Virus record (IMG/VR): IMGVR_UViG_3300033520_000026
Coordinates: 113,114-133,113 of that record
Reading direction: 5' to 3' (one strand)
Length of the DNA stretch: 20,000 nucleotides
Source of the DNA: an uncultured virus (IMG/VR IMGVR_UViG_3300033520_000026)
Lineage: Duplodnaviria; Heunggongvirae; Uroviricota; Caudoviricetes
The notes under the pieces were generated by a model. The model was not told where the DNA came from. It did not search any database and worked only from the letters and a program-made list of their open reading frames with translations. This document shows positions 1-7,953 of this stretch, piece after piece. The first letter of the stretch is position 1; each line of letters opens with the position of its first letter. The translations under genes were made by a program, and so were the position numbers.

Positions 1-26
1 TCCAGGCCGCCTGATTCCCCCTCCAC

Positions 27-42
27 GCGAACCCAGGTTCGC
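27..42. promoter_or_regulatory. Palindromic operator copy 1 (GCGAACCCAGGTTCGC)
   Basis: 7-bp arms GCGAACC/GGTTCGC. The 14-bp core is identical to the copies at 4212, 9733 (inverted) and 17249. The core lies 21 bp upstream of TTGACA at 63. Confidence 0.85.
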
Positions 43-62
43 CTCTCACATACAATCCTTGT

Positions 63-92
63 TTGACAACCTGCCGATTTCACGTCTATAAA
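63..92 (+). promoter_or_regulatory. Sigma70-type promoter
   Basis: TTGACA (63-68), 18-bp spacer, TATAAA (87-92). GAGGTG SD before the GTG/ATG at 114/117. Confidence 0.7.
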
Positions 93-113
93 TTAGACGC
101 TGAATGAGGTGAC

Positions 114-422
114 GTGATGACGGTTGACGAGATGCTGCGCGACCTGCGCAGCGTGAAGATGCGTCCTAGCGAACGGACACACGTAAACGACTTGCGGGTG
201 CGCTTCCAAGTGCTTGGCGCGGTCACACCTTTAGATGAGCGGTGGCTGAGGGACATTTGCCGGCGGTATGGCATCCAACTTCGGATGCTGCATGAGTCGA
301 GGGAGCGCGCTCGTCATACGAATGCTCTGAGATCGATGGGCATCTCAACTTCTGATGCGGCTGAGCGGGCAGATGTGAGGATGAAGCAGATGGAGTCAGA
401 GGGAAACGATCTGGGATTTTGA
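114..422 (+). CDS. Hypothetical protein
   Basis: 102-aa ORF downstream of the promoter, with SD GAGGTG. No family recognised. Confidence 0.7.
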   Translation: MMTVDEMLRDLRSVKMRPSERTHVNDLRVRFQVLGAVTPLDERWLRDICRRYGIQLRMLHESRERARHTNALRSMGISTSDAAERADVRMKQMESEGNDLGF

Positions 423-438
423 GAGAGTTGAGGGATGC

Positions 439-771
439 ATGGGAAAAGTGCGCGTGACGTCCGAGGTCATGGATGCTGCCAAGGAGATCGTGTTCATCGT
501 GCGTCACATTGTGGACCATCCTTCCGACGTAGATGTTCGCGTGCGCGGTGGTGAATATCGTCTTGGCCTAGAGCTGTTCACGCATCCTTCTGACGTTGGC
601 CAGGTGGTGGGTAGGTCGGGTCATCTCACTACGTCACTGCGGTCGTTCCTTTCGGCGTTGGCTGGCAAACATAAGATCAAGATTGATTTCGACTACGTGA
701 CCGAAGAGGACAACGCTCGTGGTGATAGTGAGCTGAGGCAAGGTTCTCGACCTGTTGCTACCGCGACTTGA
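439..771 (+). CDS. khpA: KH-domain RNA-binding protein, KhpA/YlqC (UPF0109)-like
   Basis: IVRHIVDHPSDVDV...LELFTHPSDVGQVVGRSGHLTTSLRSFL matches the KhpA pattern (LVDxPxxVxV...DxGxVIGxxG), with an intact GxxG loop (GRSG). SD GAGGGA. Confidence 0.8.
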   Translation: MGKVRVTSEVMDAAKEIVFIVRHIVDHPSDVDVRVRGGEYRLGLELFTHPSDVGQVVGRSGHLTTSLRSFLSALAGKHKIKIDFDYVTEEDNARGDSELRQGSRPVATAT

Positions 772-838
772 CAAACACGGCCATCTGGTGAATAACCGCA
801 GGCACAGTTAGATCGCCCGAGCGATTCGGGTGCGGAGG
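768..838 (+). promoter_or_regulatory. Promoter plus 5'-leader hairpin and SD (class B, copy a)
   Basis: TTGACAAAC at 768 overlaps the khpA stop; the -10 is weak (near 791-798). Hairpin CGCCCGAG-CGA-TTCGGGTG at 814-832, then GGAGG at 834-838. Confidence 0.5.
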
Positions 839-843
839 CACGA

Positions 844-1278
844 TTGCTGAACAGGCCGACACAGGGTTCTGTGATCTTTTTCGCTCCTGGTCCCATTGGG
901 TGCGTCGTTTGGGAGCCTGGCACCGGCGCGCGGTATTTCCTCCAGGCGACGGACGTTGGAGATCGGATTGCGGTGGAACTCGGAGGACGGATCATGGTGG
1001 CGTTATCGTCGATGTCTGACAACACGTTTGTCGCGCATGCCTTGAATCCGGCAAAGACGGGTCATTGGACGAGGGAGTACGTGCGCAAGAAATGGCAGAG
1101 GATTTATGGGATCGGAGATCACGCGGCGCATTTGGCGATGTTGCTGAATTGGAGCCTTGGCGGAGAGCGTGCGCGGGCCTATGCGGACGAGCAGTGGCGA
1201 CTTGTATGTGGAGAGGACGGAAAGGTGGTGAGCCTACATGAAAGACGTGTTCATCGGAGACAAGGTGGGCACCCCTGA
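844..1278 (+). CDS. Hypothetical protein
   Basis: 144-aa ORF with a TTG start 5 nt after GGAGG. Confidence 0.65.
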   Translation: MLNRPTQGSVIFFAPGPIGCVVWEPGTGARYFLQATDVGDRIAVELGGRIMVALSSMSDNTFVAHALNPAKTGHWTREYVRKKWQRIYGIGDHAAHLAMLLNWSLGGERARAYADEQWRLVCGEDGKVVSLHERRVHRRQGGHP

Positions 1279-1492
1279 CGGGGTTGGTTACGTTGAGGAT
1301 GTGACTACTTGGCGAGATCGCATCCTGACGATGATTGACGCTGAGGCACAGGAATTCTCGGCGGAATGCCGTCGGTCGCATGGGCAGAACTATCAGCAGG
1401 AGTGGGGACAGATCATGGTGCGGTTTGGCCGGGTGACGCGCACATACGATGCACGTCAAGTAACGATCTTGGAGGGACGTGATGACCTCTAG
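1238..1492 (+). CDS. Hypothetical protein
   Basis: 84-aa ORF overlapping both neighbours, in operon order. Confidence 0.65.
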   Translation: MKDVFIGDKVGTPDGVGYVEDVTTWRDRILTMIDAEAQEFSAECRRSHGQNYQQEWGQIMVRFGRVTRTYDARQVTILEGRDDL

Positions 1493-2063
1493 CCGGCTCA
1501 AGCTATGTGCGTTGCGGCAATTGGTGCGCGATTCATCCGAGCGGACAGTCGTGGCGAAGGAGAATGTTGAGAAGAAGCGTCAGAAGCGCAAGCAAAAGGC
1601 AGCGGCGGAGCCTAAGCCGGAAGTGCCGAAATTTGAACAGGATCATGGACATTCAAAGAAATCGTTAGTAAATTCAGTGCAGGTGGAAGATTGGTTTCGA
1701 GAAGGGCTGAATTGTTTGTACGGTGGCAAGCTTGAGTTGCCACAGCGCGGCAAGTGGTGGACGGCTGGGGAGCGGAAAAACGCTAAGAGTTTGTTGGATT
1801 TGTATGGCGAGGCTGACGTGAAAAAAGCTGTGTCGCATCTGTGTGAGACATGGCATCAGAGGGTGGAGGCATCCGATGGTGTGCTGGCAGGGATACCGAG
1901 CATTGGGTATCTGGTCAGTCGCAAGGATACGATTTTTGCAGAGGTGAAGGGATTGGCTGCCGTCCCTAAACGGTCAAAAAAGGCGGCTAGGCGTAAGAAC
2001 AGTAAGGACTCTGACGAGTATCGCCCACCTGAGAAGCCGAATGATGTTGGGTGGTACGTATGA
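1479..2063 (+). CDS. Putative replication initiator / replisome-organiser-like protein
   Basis: Lies directly upstream of, and overlaps (ATGA), the DnaC-like loader, followed by DnaB. Basic linker plus helical C-terminal domain. The function is inferred from synteny only. Confidence 0.45.
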   Translation: MMTSSRLKLCALRQLVRDSSERTVVAKENVEKKRQKRKQKAAAEPKPEVPKFEQDHGHSKKSLVNSVQVEDWFREGLNCLYGGKLELPQRGKWWTAGERKNAKSLLDLYGEADVKKAVSHLCETWHQRVEASDGVLAGIPSIGYLVSRKDTIFAEVKGLAAVPKRSKKAARRKNSKDSDEYRPPEKPNDVGWYV

Positions 2064-2716
2064 CTGCGATAGCTATGGATACGACTAAATTATGGAGGCG
2101 GCTAACGGAGACCGATCTGGTGCGAATGCGGATTCCGCGTCGCTACTGGTGGGTTCGTTATGAGGGCATCCCGGACGGGACGTGCGTTGGCAGTGGAGTG
2201 TCCGCTCGCAAGGCGGCTCATAACTACCTGACGCAGATAGACGAGATGCGCCACAACGGCATGGGGCTATTGCTGTGGGGTACGAATGGCACGGGCAAGA
2301 CCTGCATGGCGATTGTGGTAGCGAAGGAGTATCGTCGGCACGGGTATCCCGTGCTGTTCATTGAGGCGGCAGACATCAAGCGTTTCGTAATCGAGCGCGA
2401 GATGTTCGACGAGGACCAGACCTTTTGGGATCGTGCCATGAACGTGGACGTCCTTGTGATTGACGATCTTGGCAAGGGTGTGCAGGATTCCACTGGGTTT
2501 GGAGCCCGGATGATCGATGAGTTGATCCGGCATCGCAACGCGAGTAAGCTGGTCACGCTCATTACGACCAACATGAACCAGCGTGACCTCGCTGAGGAGC
2601 TGAAGGTTTCTACGATGTCGTCACTCAAGGAACATGTGTTTCCAATTCATGTCACGGGGATCGACCGTCGTGATGCGGTCGCCAGCGGAATAGCGAAGAC
2701 ATTGTTCGACCAGTAG
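2060..2716 (+). CDS. dnaC: DnaC/IstB-like AAA+ helicase loader
   Basis: Walker A GTNGTGKT, Walker B VLVIDDLG, sensor ITTN, and the N-terminal IPRRY motif typical of phage DnaC proteins. Adjacent to dnaB. Confidence 0.9.
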   Translation: MTAIAMDTTKLWRRLTETDLVRMRIPRRYWWVRYEGIPDGTCVGSGVSARKAAHNYLTQIDEMRHNGMGLLLWGTNGTGKTCMAIVVAKEYRRHGYPVLFIEAADIKRFVIEREMFDEDQTFWDRAMNVDVLVIDDLGKGVQDSTGFGARMIDELIRHRNASKLVTLITTNMNQRDLAEELKVSTMSSLKEHVFPIHVTGIDRRDAVASGIAKTLFDQ

Positions 2717-2727
2717 CGGAGGGGAAT

Positions 2728-4056
2728 ATGACAGGTTCCTCGGGGCGTATGCCTCATGATCAAGCAGCCGAACGCGCCGTTTTGGGTGCAGTATTTTTGG
2801 AAAATGATTGCCTGGAAAGAATTTCAAGCCTGATCGACGAGGATGATTTCTTTGTCAGTGCCTACAGCAAGATCTACGGGGTCATGTGTGAATTGCGTCG
2901 GAAGGGGGTTGGTGTAGACCACGTAACGGTGGGCAGCGAGTTGCATGCGCTAGGCATCATGGATTCCATAGGTGGACCCATGGTGCTGGCGGACCTGACC
3001 GATGCCGTGGCGACGGTTTCCAACGTCGAATACTACGCCAACATCGTGCATGAGCGGTCTGCGATGCGGTCCGTGATCATGGCGGCACGAAACGTGGCAA
3101 TGAAGAGCTATCCTGGGAACGACCAGGCAGGCGTTGAGACTGAATTTGGGTTGCTTCAGGACGCCATGCACAAGATGGCGCGCACGCGCTTGCCGACGAG
3201 CCTTCTGTCGTTGGGAAATGTTGTGCTCGAAAATTACGAATTGATGGCGCATGGCCGCTCTGGGATTCCACTACCCTGGAAGACTTTGAGTGCGATGACC
3301 TCTGGCATGTGGCCAAAAACGATGACGATGTTTGTAGCTCGCCCTGGATCGGGAAAAACTTTCGTGGCAGTCATTGCAGCAAGACACGCCTGGTTACAGG
3401 GACACCCCGTGTTGATCGTCTCTCCCGAGATGAGTCGTGTCGAGATCGCGGAGCGGTTTTTTTCCATCCATTCGTCAGTGAGTTATCAGCGCATCGTGAG
3501 TGGCACCGTCTCAGACTTCGAGATGCCAAAATTGCAAGCCACGGTGGAGCATTGCAAGACGCAGGAGGGGCTTTGGATCATGGACGCGGACGACGACATA
3601 TCTCCGCGAGGGATCGAGGCTGCAATTCGTGCTTGCCGGCCGTCTCTTCTGGCCATCGACTCTCTGTACGACCTGCACATCCGAGGGGAGCGTCGTGACA
3701 AGCTGCTCGTGGCGCTTGAGTGGTTCAAGGGCACGGTGAAGTATTTCGATTTGGCCGGCGTGGGTTTTGTGCAGTTGAATCGCGCGGCAGAGGTGTCGGA
3801 GAAAAAAGGCGGAGGCGTGCGCCTCGGGACGATTGCGCTGGCAGACGAGATCGGCCAGGACTCTCATGCGGTGTTTGCGCTGGAGCAGGACAAGGACATG
3901 AAGGCCGACCGGAAATTGAGATTCAAGCCGCTCAAGCTACGTCGAGGGTCATACGTTGGGGACGGGGTCGAGGTTCATTGGGATTTTGAGAGTATGGAAT
4001 TTTCAGAGATCGACACTTCTGATAGCTCATTTGAAGACGACGCGACGCCGTTCTAA
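2728..4056 (+). CDS. dnaB: Replicative DNA helicase, DnaB family
   Basis: N-terminal PHDQAAERAVLGAVFL; H1 ARPGSGKT; H1a SPEMS; H2 LAIDSL; H3 QLNR; H4 IGQDSHAVF; arginine finger KLRRG. Confidence 0.95.
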   Translation: MTGSSGRMPHDQAAERAVLGAVFLENDCLERISSLIDEDDFFVSAYSKIYGVMCELRRKGVGVDHVTVGSELHALGIMDSIGGPMVLADLTDAVATVSNVEYYANIVHERSAMRSVIMAARNVAMKSYPGNDQAGVETEFGLLQDAMHKMARTRLPTSLLSLGNVVLENYELMAHGRSGIPLPWKTLSAMTSGMWPKTMTMFVARPGSGKTFVAVIAARHAWLQGHPVLIVSPEMSRVEIAERFFSIHSSVSYQRIVSGTVSDFEMPKLQATVEHCKTQEGLWIMDADDDISPRGIEAAIRACRPSLLAIDSLYDLHIRGERRDKLLVALEWFKGTVKYFDLAGVGFVQLNRAAEVSEKKGGGVRLGTIALADEIGQDSHAVFALEQDKDMKADRKLRFKPLKLRRGSYVGDGVEVHWDFESMEFSEIDTSDSSFEDDATPF

Positions 4057-4152
4057 AACGGGGATTTAGAAACGAACCCCGTGCGAAATAGGATGGATGA
4101 AGCGCCTTGTTTGGTTCCACGCGGGGTTCAAGTACATTTTAAGTCCGCGTTT
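4056..4152 (+). other. ~100-nt rod-like imperfect inverted repeat (candidate structured RNA or DNA hairpin)
   Basis: 4056-4071 pairs with 4137-4152 (one mismatch, two G.U). GAACCCCGTG (4074-4083) pairs with CGCGGGGTTC (4120-4129). Confidence 0.5.
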
Positions 4153-4210
4153 GGCCGTGTCACAAAAAGCGTCAAGCTGAGATGAGGAAATTGGCTGTCG
4201 ATCTTCCGAC

Positions 4211-4226
4211 GCGAACCCAGGTTCGT
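4211..4226. promoter_or_regulatory. Palindromic operator copy 2
   Basis: CGAACCCAGGTTCG at 4212-4225, ending 4 bp before TTGACA. Confidence 0.85.
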
Positions 4227-4229
4227 GCG

Positions 4230-4258
4230 TTGACAAACACAGGCGATTGCAGTAACAA
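4230..4258 (+). promoter_or_regulatory. Sigma70-type promoter for ssb
   Basis: TTGACA (4230-4235), 17-bp spacer, TAACAA (4253-4258). Hairpin GTTCTC-AGTT-GAGAAC (4315-4330) immediately before AAGGAGG. Confidence 0.6.
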
Positions 4259-4342
4259 AGATCGGCGCGGCTGCGGCTGCGATGAACATTAGACATCTGT
4301 TGATGTTGCAAGGCGTTCTCAGTTGAGAACAAGGAGGTTGGC

Positions 4343-5287
4343 ATGCCTGGGATTGGTGATCACGTAAAGACCAGTTTTGGATACGACGGCTGGGATCCGC
4401 CCGAGGGTCATGGGGAGTTCTCGAATGATGGAGGCGGTGGGGGTGGGTTTGGCCCGACGGATCGTGGTCCGGCGCGGTTCAAGGTGCCAGAACCTGACGA
4501 TAACCCGTTGGAGAGGGGCAAGCCTGCTCGCAAGCGATTCATGATCGTTGGTGCGCCGTTCTACATGTGGGAGCACGGAACATACAAGATGCAGAACATC
4601 CCTCGTGGGGTGTATTCACCATTGTGTTTGAAGCAGAACCAGCTCGCTGACCGATGTCCAATGTGCGAGGACAAGCGATGGCCGAGCTACGGGGCCTACT
4701 TCACCGTGGTGGACATGGGATTCGTGCGGTACGCGTCTGGCGGAGCAGAGCTGATCGGAGAGAACTGGGTCGATGACCGTGGCAAGAGCCACGATATGCA
4801 GTTCCGGCGGCGCTTGATGGTGGCGAAGCGTGGGGGGAAGGAAAACCCTGGCACGCTGGCGTTTTTTGAAGACCAGCGCAATCGGCGTGGCGACCTGACC
4901 GGGTGTGTATATGACACGCAGCGCACGGGCAAGAAGAAGGCTGGAATGGGAGACAACCTGGAGTTTGTCGAGCGGGCTGGGTCGGTGGTCCCTCCGACTG
5001 TGGAGGAGATGCGGGCGTACTTGCAGTCGCATGGCGCATCTGACGATGCGCTGAAGTGGGCGAAAGAGACTACTGTGTTCGACCACCTCAACAAGGAAGA
5101 GGTGAAGATCGAGGAGACTCTGTTCACGCGGATCACGCCTATTCGAATGATGCCGCTGCTCTACTCCATGGAGGAGATGGATCGGTGGATTGGGAACGCG
5201 CCACGGGTGGCTCCAGGTGCCACGGATGGCGAGCGCACTTTGACCACGGGCGCTGGATACCAAGAAGACGATCAAATTCCGTTCTGA
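4343..5287 (+). CDS. Single-stranded DNA-binding protein, T4 gp32-like (Zn-binding)
   Basis: EH...C-x9-CPMC putative Zn ligands, like gp32 H64/C77/C87/C90. Acidic C-terminal tail YQEDDQIPF resembles the SSB-Ct DDIPF. Located in the replication cluster, with a strong SD. Confidence 0.7.
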   Translation: MPGIGDHVKTSFGYDGWDPPEGHGEFSNDGGGGGGFGPTDRGPARFKVPEPDDNPLERGKPARKRFMIVGAPFYMWEHGTYKMQNIPRGVYSPLCLKQNQLADRCPMCEDKRWPSYGAYFTVVDMGFVRYASGGAELIGENWVDDRGKSHDMQFRRRLMVAKRGGKENPGTLAFFEDQRNRRGDLTGCVYDTQRTGKKKAGMGDNLEFVERAGSVVPPTVEEMRAYLQSHGASDDALKWAKETTVFDHLNKEEVKIEETLFTRITPIRMMPLLYSMEEMDRWIGNAPRVAPGATDGERTLTTGAGYQEDDQIPF

Positions 5288-5293
5288 TCGTCA

Positions 5294-5770
5294 ATGATAG
5301 ATGTCATCACAAAACGATGCTTTAAGTGCGGACTCATCAAGCAAATAGGTGATTTCTATCGACACAGTGAAACGGCAGACGGACACCTTGGGAAGTGCAA
5401 AGAGTGCGCGAAAAGAGATACAACTGAGCGCAGAAATGCCAAGTTGAGCGAGGTTAGGGCCTATGATTGTAATCGCGCCCGCGCCACTCGTCCAGAACGA
5501 CGGGCACAGAATACAGAATACAATAGGATATATCACAGAAAAGATCCCAGGCGCGGAGTTGCTTATAGAAAGATTTCAAGATTAGTTCTGTCTGGAAAGA
5601 TAGACCGCAAGCCGTGTCAGTGGTGTGGAAGAGAGGAAAATGTTCATGCCCATCATGAAGATTACGATTTTCCGTTGGATGTGATTTGGTTATGTCCGCC
5701 ATGCCATAAGCGTCGGCACATTGAAATAAAGGCTGGAGTTCCATTGGACAAGGATAAGACATGCGGGTAG
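5294..5770 (+). CDS. Phage HNH-type endonuclease with N-terminal Zn ribbon
   Basis: CFKC...FY...DG...CKEC N-terminus. C-terminal CQWC...HAHHEDYDFPLDVIWLCPPCHKRRH. Visibly more AT-rich than its flanks. Confidence 0.8.
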   Translation: MIDVITKRCFKCGLIKQIGDFYRHSETADGHLGKCKECAKRDTTERRNAKLSEVRAYDCNRARATRPERRAQNTEYNRIYHRKDPRRGVAYRKISRLVLSGKIDRKPCQWCGREENVHAHHEDYDFPLDVIWLCPPCHKRRHIEIKAGVPLDKDKTCG

Positions 5771-7308
5771 AGATCGCGGGGTACGCCTGGCTGGATCGAG
5801 CAGCTTTGACAGACCGCCAGGTTTCCAACATTGTCACTCGGCTGACCATTCAGCCGAGAAAGACGTCTGATATTGATTCGGTGGAGACACCGGATCCCAT
5901 CCGTTTGTACCGCCTAGATGAAGATCGACAGTTGATAGGCGTGCCTCGCGGTTTCTACCGGCAGATGAGCAAGGGGTTGAATGACGAGGTCTTGCGCATT
6001 GGGTGGGGAAAGCCCATGCGGAAGTTGGAGACGACGGCGCGGTTTGAGGGTCCGTTTGCCGAGCAGGCCGAGGCCATCGACACGCTGGTGACAGCGTTGT
6101 ATCCGCCTGAGACGTGCCCGGAGAACCCGCCGTGGGGCGGGGCGCTGCTACAGGCACAGCCGGCGTTCGGCAAGACGGCATGTGCTTTGGAGGTAGCTCG
6201 ACGCCTTGGTCGGAGAACGCTTATCCTCGTCCATCAGGAGTTCTTCCTGGACCAGTGGCGCAAGCGGATCGAACAGTTCTTGCCGGAAGCGCGGATCGGC
6301 ATCATCCAGCAGGATCGCGTGGAGTATGATCGCACCAAGGGTGGGGAGGCCCCGGACTTCGTGATCGGGCTCTTGCAGAGTCTGGCGCGGGACACGGGCG
6401 GGCGGTATCCCAGGGAGATGTACGAGGGCACCTTTGGTTTAATTATAAGCGACGAGACGCACCGGCTGGGGGCGGCGAGCTGGGGGGACATCATCCCGAA
6501 ATTCGACGCGGCCTACCGCCTGGGTCTGACGGCGACGCCTCGGCGCAAGGACGGGGCCGAGGACGTGTTCTTCCACCACATCGCGCCGGTCACGTACCGG
6601 GCGACCACGGAGTCGGTGCGCCCTCGATTGCGGAAGATCGTGACGACGACGGAGGTGCGATCTATTTCGCGTGGTGAGTACAAGGTGCCCGTTGACCAGT
6701 TGAACAGCGCTCAGATCATCAATCAGGTGTGTTTGGACACGTTTCGGACGCAGGCTATTGCAGACGACATCGTGCAGGCGGTGAAGGTTGGGCGGAAGAT
6801 CATGGTGGTGAGTGCCCGGCTGGAGCATTTGCGGGTCATGGCAGAGCGCACAGGGCAGGCGTTGTTCAATTTGAACCTGCCTTTCGTGCCCATCATGGAC
6901 TTCTACACGGGGGAGTGGTTTACAGGGGAGGTTTGGGAAACATCGAACAAGTCGCACAAGCGGGGCGATTTAAAGATGGCATCTCGGACGCAGGTCGATC
7001 TTGAGCGTGCGGAGCGGGCCAACGTGATTTTTGCTACCCCCCAGCTTTGCATGGAGGGACTCGATATTCCAGCATTGGATGTCATGTTGATGGCGACCCC
7101 GATTAGCGATGTGGAGCAGTTGACAGGGCGGGTGCGGCGCTGGTGTGTTCCTGGGAAGCAGTGTGCTCACTATTGCCCTTGGAGGGCGGGCAAATGCAAG
7201 GGCAAACCCATCCCGATCATCGTAGATGTGGTGGATGAGAGGATCCCGCGTTTACGTGGTATGGCTGCCAGACGCGAGAAATTTTACAAAACCTGTTGCA
7301 CGATGTAA
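5761..7308 (+). CDS. Superfamily 2 DExH helicase (UvsW/A18/Rad25-like)
   Basis: Motif I PAFGKT, Ia LILVH, II DETH, III GLTATP, V EGLDIP, VI QLTGRVRR. Confidence 0.92.
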   Translation: MRVEIAGYAWLDRAALTDRQVSNIVTRLTIQPRKTSDIDSVETPDPIRLYRLDEDRQLIGVPRGFYRQMSKGLNDEVLRIGWGKPMRKLETTARFEGPFAEQAEAIDTLVTALYPPETCPENPPWGGALLQAQPAFGKTACALEVARRLGRRTLILVHQEFFLDQWRKRIEQFLPEARIGIIQQDRVEYDRTKGGEAPDFVIGLLQSLARDTGGRYPREMYEGTFGLIISDETHRLGAASWGDIIPKFDAAYRLGLTATPRRKDGAEDVFFHHIAPVTYRATTESVRPRLRKIVTTTEVRSISRGEYKVPVDQLNSAQIINQVCLDTFRTQAIADDIVQAVKVGRKIMVVSARLEHLRVMAERTGQALFNLNLPFVPIMDFYTGEWFTGEVWETSNKSHKRGDLKMASRTQVDLERAERANVIFATPQLCMEGLDIPALDVMLMATPISDVEQLTGRVRRWCVPGKQCAHYCPWRAGKCKGKPIPIIVDVVDERIPRLRGMAARREKFYKTCCTM

Positions 7309-7331
7309 TGTGCGCGCATGAGGTGTTCGTC

Positions 7332-7901
7332 ATGACGCGTATCGAAACAGGATCTACAGGTGAAAGTTCTGGGGACAGGGATCGGAGCGAGTACCAGAAA
7401 CAATATTATCTGGACAGGAAAGAGGCGATTTCCAAGGAGCGGAAGCGTCGATACCGCGAGGATCCCGAGTACCGCGAGTCGATCTTGGATCGGGTCAGCG
7501 ACTACCGAAACAAGAAGCAGGAGAATATCAATAAGTTGCGGGCAGAGGGGAAGTTGCCGCCGTCGCATCCGAGGGGGCCACGTCCGCCGATGAAGGTCAA
7601 GGTGAACGGGGTCAGCACCATTGTGTACACGGTGGGTCGCATGGCGGTGGAGTTGAATCGGTCCAAGGACGTGATCAATTACTGGACGCGGATCGGGCTC
7701 CTACCGCCGACACCATATCGTTCTGCAAGTGGAGACCGGCTTTACACAGAGAGCATGGCCATAGTGGTAAAAATCGCCGTTGGCAAGCGTGGGCGAGTTT
7801 CGGCCAGCGACCGAGAATTTACGCGAGAGATTCGGCAAGGTTGGGAGGGCTTAGGCGTGGTCATTCCGGTTCACGTTGACAAAACGTTCATACGGCGGTA
7901 A
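7332..7901 (+). CDS. MerR-like HTH DNA-binding protein
   Basis: C-terminal YTVGRMAVELNRSKDVINYWTRIGLLP..YRSASGDRLYT is a MerR-type wHTH; the N-terminus is a charged helix. ATG 7332 follows GAGGTG. Confidence 0.7.
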   Translation: MTRIETGSTGESSGDRDRSEYQKQYYLDRKEAISKERKRRYREDPEYRESILDRVSDYRNKKQENINKLRAEGKLPPSHPRGPRPPMKVKVNGVSTIVYTVGRMAVELNRSKDVINYWTRIGLLPPTPYRSASGDRLYTESMAIVVKIAVGKRGRVSASDREFTREIRQGWEGLGVVIPVHVDKTFIRR

Positions 7902-7945
7902 TTTTGCGCGCACATAGAAGTGCGGCGTTGATGCCGCATTGGAGG
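7876..7945 (+). promoter_or_regulatory. Promoter plus 5'-leader hairpin and SD (class B, copy b)
   Basis: TTGACA (7876-7881), 17-bp spacer, TAATTT (7899-7904). Hairpin AGTGCGGCG-TTGA-TGCCGCATT at 7919-7940, then GGAGG at 7941-7945. Confidence 0.75.
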
Positions 7946-7953
7946 CGCGAAAT

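Noticed and set aside
1555..1630. AGAAGCG-like repeats as origin iterons in the putative initiator gene
   Set aside because: Explained by Lys/Arg/Glu codons; no regular spacing.
2629..2642. GGAACATGTGTTTC, a Bacillus-type LexA-box-like sequence
   Set aside because: It lies inside the dnaC coding sequence, differs from the invariant motif and has no adjacent promoter.
4056..4342. tRNA or intrinsic terminator in the dnaB-ssb gap
   Set aside because: No cloverleaf or T-loop in a tRNA context, and no compact GC stem followed by a long U-tract.
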